From assembly GCA_964386875.1 (NCBI GenBank), contig CAYLUK010000001.1:1-45294 (forward strand): DNA of 45,294 nucleotides, given 5' to 3'. This DNA comes from an uncultured Gammaproteobacteria bacterium (GTDB taxonomy: Bacteria > Patescibacteriota > Patescibacteriia > 2-01-FULL-39-33). Of the stretch, positions 40,899 to 45,294 are shown in pieces (within the stretch, counting starts at the first letter, position 1; every line of letters begins with the position of its first letter). The notes under the pieces were generated by a model. The model ran no database searches. It was not told where the DNA came from and saw only the letters and a program-made list of their open reading frames with translations. A program made the position numbers and the translations under genes.

Positions 40899-42158
40899 TT
40901 AATCCAGGGGTGACATCTTTCTCAACTTCTTAATAATCGGCGGAAGTTCCTTGATCAACGCCTTGACATCTTGTTTGGTTGTAAACCGACCCAAAGTGAC
41001 ACGCAGACTGCCATGAGCCAACTCTGGAGCGATACTCATCGCGGTCAGAACATGAGACGGCTCAAGCGAGCCAGATGAACAAGCCGATCCAGTAGACACC
41101 GCAATCCCCTTGTCTGATAACATTAAAACCACACTTTCACCTTCAACGCCCTTGAAAATAAAATTAGCATTGCTCGGCACCCGGAATTTCATATCACCAT
41201 TAACTATGGCGTCTGGTATTTTATTTTTTATTTGTCTAATTAAGTAATCCCTTAATAATTGAGTTTTCTTAATTTCTTGATTTTTCCCGCCTGCAACGCT
41301 ATCGCTTGCATTGCGGACAGGTAATTTTTTATCAGCAATTAATTCAATTGCCTTTGCCAGTCCTACAATCCCCGACACATTATAGGTACCTGGTCTAACA
41401 TTATCTTGCTGATGACCGCCATATATCATTGGCACGATTGGCGTACCCTTTTTAATATAAATCACTCCAATGCCTTTGGGACCATATATTTTATGCGCGG
41501 ACAAAGACATTAAGTCTACGCCTAGCTTGTTAATATCACAATTGCAATAGCTTGGCGCTTGTGTCGCATCAGTGTGGAAGTATATTCTCCCACCCTTACT
41601 AAGGGAGGAACTAATGGGTGATTGTCCAAATCCCCTGCTTTTATTTAAATCAGCGATAAATTTACCAATTTGCGCAATAGGTTGAATCGTACCCACCTCG
41701 TTGTTGACATACATAATAGAAACTAAAACCGTGTTCGGTCTAATCGCCTTTTTGAGCTGACTTAATTCCACCAATCCTTTTTTATTAACTGGCAGATATG
41801 TCACCTTTACCCCGGAACTCTCTAATTGATGACTTGGCTCCAAAATCGCATCATGCTCAATCTGTGATACAACAATATGAACCGGTTGCGCTCCATTTAA
41901 TGCCCCAGAGACCCCCAAAATGGCCATATTATCGCTTTCAGTCGCTCCTGAGGTGAAATATACTTCCTCTTTGGCACAGCCCAAAAACTGAGCAATTTTG
42001 GCTTGGCTCCGGTCAATCACCACCCGATTATCAAGTCCTGCTTGGTACAAAGATGAAGCATTGCCAAACTTATTGGTAAAATAAGGCAACATTGCTTTGA
42101 GCACGCGCGGATCTACCGGCGTAGTAGCTGAATTATCTAAATAAATTAATTTCTTCAT
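40899..42158 (-). CDS. iscS: Cysteine desulfurase (NifS/IscS group I) with GC-rich in-frame insert(s)
   Basis: PLP-lysine motif SLSAHKIYGPKG, active-site loop SSGSACSSG. Roughly 20-aa insert LNKSRGFGQSPISSSLSKGGR. Confidence 0.92.
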   Translation of the reverse strand: MKKLIYLDNSATTPVDPRVLKAMLPYFTNKFGNASSLYQAGLDNRVVIDRSQAKIAQFLGCAKEEVYFTSGATESDNMAILGVSGALNGAQPVHIVVSQIEHDAILEPSHQLESSGVKVTYLPVNKKGLVELSQLKKAIRPNTVLVSIMYVNNEVGTIQPIAQIGKFIADLNKSRGFGQSPISSSLSKGGRIYFHTDATQAPSYCNCDINKLGVDLMSLSAHKIYGPKGIGVIYIKKGTPIVPMIYGGHQQDNVRPGTYNVSGIVGLAKAIELIADKKLPVRNASDSVAGGKNQEIKKTQLLRDYLIRQIKNKIPDAIVNGDMKFRVPSNANFIFKGVEGESVVLMLSDKGIAVSTGSACSSGSLEPSHVLTAMSIAPELAHGSLRVTLGRFTTKQDVKALIKELPPIIKKLRKMSPLD

Positions 42159-42179
42159 AAAAACATTATGCGTTACACG

Positions 42180-42425
42180 TTATGAGTTTTGCGCTAACAC
42201 CACTTCCTTAACCTCCGAGATTTTTTCTTTAATCGCCCGACCGATACCGTCTTGTAAAGTAATTTGCGACATCGGACAGCCAATACAAGCTCCTTTTAAA
42301 CTGACTTTCAAAATCCCTTTTTTATCATCAAAATCAATAAACTCAACATCGCCATCATCTCGCTGGAGATGTGGCCGTATTTGATCTAAACTTTTTTTAA
42401 TCTTGGCCATAGTTTGTTTTGACAT
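42180..42425 (-). CDS. NifU C-terminal-domain (Nfu-type) Fe-S carrier protein
   Basis: 81 aa, GACIGCPMSQITL CxxC motif. Confidence 0.85.
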   Translation of the reverse strand: MSKQTMAKIKKSLDQIRPHLQRDDGDVEFIDFDDKKGILKVSLKGACIGCPMSQITLQDGIGRAIKEKISEVKEVVLAQNS

Positions 42426-42436
42426 AGTTATTTGAC

Positions 42437-42829
42437 TTATAATTTAAATTTTTGTTTTTGATTATAATAATCATCAATCGCTTTTTGCAGGCCGTCATGA
42501 GCCAAAAGTGAGCAGTGAAGCTTTGGCTTTGGCAAACCGCCAAGCTCATTGGCAATATCTAATTTGCCAATTTTTACCGCTTCTTTAATTGTCTTGCCTT
42601 TTACCATTTCTGTCAACATTGACGAGGTGGCAATGGCCGCCCCGCAACCAAGGGTTTCAAATTTGATATCCTTAATCACTCCTTGTCCTTTGACATCTTT
42701 GACACGAATATAAATCTTCATTATATCACCACAGACAGGATTGCCGACTTGGCCAACGCCGTCGGCGTCCTTGATGACGCCCTGATTACGTGGATGTCTA
42801 AAATGATCTAATACTTTATCGCTGTACAT
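42437..42829 (-). CDS. iscU: Fe-S cluster scaffold IscU/NifU N-terminal type
   Basis: Three conserved Cys contexts: NPVCGD, GCGAAIATSS, LHCSLLA. Confidence 0.92.
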   Translation of the reverse strand: MYSDKVLDHFRHPRNQGVIKDADGVGQVGNPVCGDIMKIYIRVKDVKGQGVIKDIKFETLGCGAAIATSSMLTEMVKGKTIKEAVKIGKLDIANELGGLPKPKLHCSLLAHDGLQKAIDDYYNQKQKFKL

Positions 42830-42841
42830 TATATTTAAGTG

Positions 42842-43264
42842 TTATAATTTTTTATTTTTTACTAAATCTGCTAGCGTAAATCCTCTTAAGGTCTTGAGAA
42901 TGCTTCGTTGAAGCTCGTGCCAGACTTTTTGCGTCAGACATTTATCCGGCGAGCACAAACAGTCAAACTTTTTCTTGTCAGTGCCAACACAATAAAAAAC
43001 TGACAACGGCCCGTCTAAGGCCTCGACAATTTCAAAAATACTAATCTGCTTCGGCTTTCTCGACAGAGTATAACCGCCGGCAGCACCCTTATTACTAACC
43101 ACCAAATCATCAGCCATCAACTTAGCAAATAGCCGTTCCAAATATGATAGTGAAATATGTTCCTGCTTTGATATCTGCGACAACGGAAGTGGTTTGTCAC
43201 TGCTGTTTTGAGCCAAGGCGACCATCGCCCTTAAGCCATATTCAGTTTTGGTAGTAAACATCAT
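42842..43264 (-). CDS. Rrf2-family transcriptional regulator (IscR-like)
   Basis: N-terminal wHTH (TEYGLRAMVALA...ISLSYLERLFAKL) and a Cys cluster C-x9-C-x-C-x4-C. First gene of the isc operon. Confidence 0.88.
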   Translation of the reverse strand: MMFTTKTEYGLRAMVALAQNSSDKPLPLSQISKQEHISLSYLERLFAKLMADDLVVSNKGAAGGYTLSRKPKQISIFEIVEALDGPLSVFYCVGTDKKKFDCLCSPDKCLTQKVWHELQRSILKTLRGFTLADLVKNKKL

Positions 43265-43278
43265 ATAATTATTAACTT

Positions 43279-43312
43279 CTTCCGCCAGAGACGGATCCGC
43301 CTCTAGCGGAAG
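43279..43312 (-). promoter_or_regulatory. GC-rich 34-bp near-palindrome in the 5' UTR of the Rrf2-isc operon
   Basis: CTTCCGCCAGAGACGGA|TCCGCCTCTAGCGGAAG, 15 of 17 positions pair. Ends 14 nt before the start codon. Confidence 0.6.
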
Positions 43313-43333
43313 CTGGTAGAAAACCTATTATAT

Positions 43334-43350
43334 CCGACTAATTTAGTAGG
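43334..43350 (-). promoter_or_regulatory. Candidate Rrf2/IscR operator
   Basis: Inverted repeat CCGACTAA-T-TTAGTAGG (7 of 8 positions symmetric), just downstream of the predicted -10. Confidence 0.5.
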
Positions 43351-43358
43351 TATTAGTA

Positions 43359-43387
43359 ATACTAACAATAAAAAAAAAACCTGTCAA
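43359..43387 (-). promoter_or_regulatory. Candidate promoter of the Rrf2-isc operon
   Basis: Minus sense TTGACA-17 nt-TAGTAT. An alternative perfect TATAAT lies at 43326-43331 (minus sense) without a good -35. Confidence 0.45.
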
Positions 43388-43491
43388 GAGGATGATTTAC
43401 TTCATAAATATATAAATTTTAGAAACCAAGCTACTTTTAATTTATAATTTTTATTAGGTGAATTAGAAATTAGATAAGTTAGATGAATTTT

Positions 43492-44283
43492 TTAATAATT
43501 ATTCCCTTCCACGACGATCATAACTTTCTCTCCCATCATTATCTCTGCTTCAGTCATCCCATCCTCGGCCAAAGCATGATCCCAATCATGAATAGCATTG
43601 ATAATAACTTGGTATTTGTATTTAAACTTTTCACCTTTAGTATTGGTGCCAACATCATTGGTGATAAAATTCTTGCTATCATAGCCACGAATTACCAGCA
43701 TATGATAAATCGGACCATCACCGCTAAAATACGGATTGCCCAGCATCCGGCCAGCCGTCGGAACAATGATCGGATTGCCTTGAGACAATTCATACTTTAT
43801 CCGGTCCGCTGTCACTTCCGTCGCTAGTCTGGCGTTAAGTTTGAAATATTTCTGCAATATCCCTACCACTTCTGACGCGCTAGCGTCTATCTTATAACCA
43901 TTTTTTTCTTCCCAGTCCATTAAAGCCAAAATATTTTGGTCGATTGTGTTGCTATCAGTCGGTGAGTGATCATAAAATTTGGCAACCGAAATCATTGACG
44001 CCTCTTCACACGCTTCCTGATATGGCATGTCCCAATTTTGTAATGGTGCTTGTGACACAAACGGCACGCCTAAATCTAGCTGAGTTGGAATTTCAACTTT
44101 TACTAGGCCGTCTGAATTGCTATTTGTATTATTATTGTTGCCATTGGTCTGAAGTGCATCATCATCTGATTGTGCTATCACATCAGAATTAATATTGACG
44201 CTAACGACATTGGTCTGACGCCCGCACGCCGATAATAATAAGAAAATAAAAAAACAAAAAATTAAAAAAATAATTTTTTTCAT
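43492..44283 (-). CDS. Lipoprotein with a C39-like (Peptidase_C39_2/YvpB-type) cysteine peptidase domain
   Basis: Lipobox LLSA|C. VPFVSQAPLQNWDMPYQEACEEASM (Cys) and YHMLVIRGYD (His) match the family pattern. Confidence 0.7.
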   Translation of the reverse strand: MKKIIFLIFCFFIFLLLSACGRQTNVVSVNINSDVIAQSDDDALQTNGNNNNTNSNSDGLVKVEIPTQLDLGVPFVSQAPLQNWDMPYQEACEEASMISVAKFYDHSPTDSNTIDQNILALMDWEEKNGYKIDASASEVVGILQKYFKLNARLATEVTADRIKYELSQGNPIIVPTAGRMLGNPYFSGDGPIYHMLVIRGYDSKNFITNDVGTNTKGEKFKYKYQVIINAIHDWDHALAEDGMTEAEIMMGEKVMIVVEGNNY

Positions 44284-44322
44284 AAATGGCGTTATGTGTT
44301 TTATGTTATGCGTTCTGTGTTT

Positions 44323-44907
44323 TTAACAAGGATTCTGCTTAGTATCAGTCCTTATCACCTCATCAGAAATCGTCTTGCCGACTATATTCACCTCGCCTTC
44401 ATAGGCTTTCAAAACGCAACACTGACCATCAATGAAATTAAACTGGTAATTGCCACCCTTTATCTCTGTCAATAATACACCGTTGAGTTGTTTGATTTTA
44501 TTGTAAACAGCCAAATCACTTATTAAATTATATTTACTTCTTAATAATTGGGATAACTCTGGATTGCGAACAATCATACCACTGACTGACTCGTCAGTCA
44601 CTGGAGACGGCGTGCCATAACATATGCCCGGATTATATTTATCAACCAAGTAAAACTTTATTTCTAGCTCTTGGGTGACGGTAAAATTTCTACTTTGATC
44701 AAATGGAATATTGTCGGCTGGTTTGTTAATATTACTTGAATCAGGATAAAACTTCTGAAAATCTGTATTTACATTGTTATTACTGGGTTGATTATTATTA
44801 GCTACTGGCTCACTAGCCAAATTATCATTAGCATTCTTTGTCCCCAAACACCCAGCCAAAAATACCGCCATGAGCAATATCACAATAGAAAAAAGATACT
44901 TTTTCAT
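44323..44907 (-). CDS. Hypothetical Cys-containing lipoprotein
   Basis: Lipobox FLAG|C, N-rich linker, about 130-aa globular part with 5 Cys. Family not recognised. Confidence 0.55.
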   Translation of the reverse strand: MKKYLFSIVILLMAVFLAGCLGTKNANDNLASEPVANNNQPSNNNVNTDFQKFYPDSSNINKPADNIPFDQSRNFTVTQELEIKFYLVDKYNPGICYGTPSPVTDESVSGMIVRNPELSQLLRSKYNLISDLAVYNKIKQLNGVLLTEIKGGNYQFNFIDGQCCVLKAYEGEVNIVGKTISDEVIRTDTKQNPC

Positions 44908-45100
44908 AGAACAAAATTATTTGTAATACATTAATTATATCAAAATTAGATCATAAAAACAAATATTTACCCGGTAGAAGAATTTTAACCTTATAATTTA
45001 ACATAAAGCTATTTTTGCCCAAAATGTCCATTTTACGATACATTATACTCGTTTAAATTTGCCACCTTTGGTGGCTAGTCAAAATTTCTTTCTACTGGGC

Positions 45101-45129
45101 TTGACTTTTACTATAATTATGGCTATAAT
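45101..45129 (+). promoter_or_regulatory. Promoter of rpmA
   Basis: GGCTTGACT-17 nt-TATAAT, 39 nt upstream of ATG 45169. Confidence 0.55.
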
Positions 45130-45168
45130 ACCTCTTGTTGATTATTACATAAATAAAGATCAAATTAT

Positions 45169-45294
45169 ATGGCGCATAAGAAAGCTGGCGGCAGTACCAG
45201 ATTAGGGCGAGACTCAAACGCCCAACGGCTTGGAATTAAGCTATCTGGCGGACAACACGCCAAACCCGGAGCAATCATTCTCCGACAACGAGGC
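45169..45294 (+). CDS. rpmA: 50S ribosomal protein L27, 5' part (runs off the window)
   Basis: Own translation [42 protein letters not shown], the canonical L27 N-terminus. Confidence 0.9.
   Translation, partial: MAHKKAGGSTRLGRDSNAQRLGIKLSGGQHAKPGAIILRQRG

Noticed and set aside
1-45294. rRNA, tRNA, tmRNA, RNase P, SRP RNA genes and CRISPR arrays.
   Set aside because: Visual scanning of all intergenic regions longer than 60 nt found no conserved cores (for example GGTTCGAATCC-type T-arms) or regularly spaced direct repeats. A covariance-model scan would be needed to be definitive.

Overview
AT-rich bacterial chromosome segment. Hand-counted 60-nt lines give about 28-40% GC. Gene content and style suggest a small-genome, monoderm, Patescibacteria/CPR-like organism (inference only).

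- **1-18.2 kb, mostly minus strand:** envelope and housekeeping genes: uppP, a divergent PAP2 gene, mutM, an orphan gene, secA, hpf, and a dcw/mur cluster (murB-murC-murG-ftsW-murD ... mraY). Two non-canonical genes interrupt the cluster: a CofE-like ligase and an FG-GAP + L,D-transpeptidase fusion. Each is followed by one copy of a 119-nt structured repeat.
- **18.2-25.8 kb, plus strand:** surface-glycan operon with Wzz-like, O-antigen-ligase-like, GT4, GHL15-like hydrolase/FG-GAP and a large beta-sandwich surface protein.
- **25.85-30.95 kb, the stand-out region:** two GC-rich blocks (52% and 62% in two sampled lines; GC3 about 75% over 53 codons). They encode a lipoprotein with InlB-B-type repeats, a small membrane ORF, a dockerin-bearing protein with a 399-bp tandem duplication, and a three-repeat InlB-B protein. 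Nearly identical host-style AT-rich promoter cassettes drive them, and two of the genes carry AT-rich, native-looking signal peptides. I read this as captured foreign passenger domains on native secretion and expression modules, sitting between the glycan locus and the pilus operon.
- **30.97-40.8 kb:** a GT4 gene and a type IV pilus operon without a secretin (pilB, pilC, four prepilin-like genes, pilM/N/O).
- **40.9-43.4 kb, minus strand:** Rrf2-iscU-nifU(C)-iscS operon with operator-like sites.
- **43.5-45.3 kb:** a C39-like peptidase lipoprotein, a second lipoprotein, and the 5' end of rpmA.

I saw no rRNA, tRNA, CRISPR array, transposase, integrase or reverse transcriptase.
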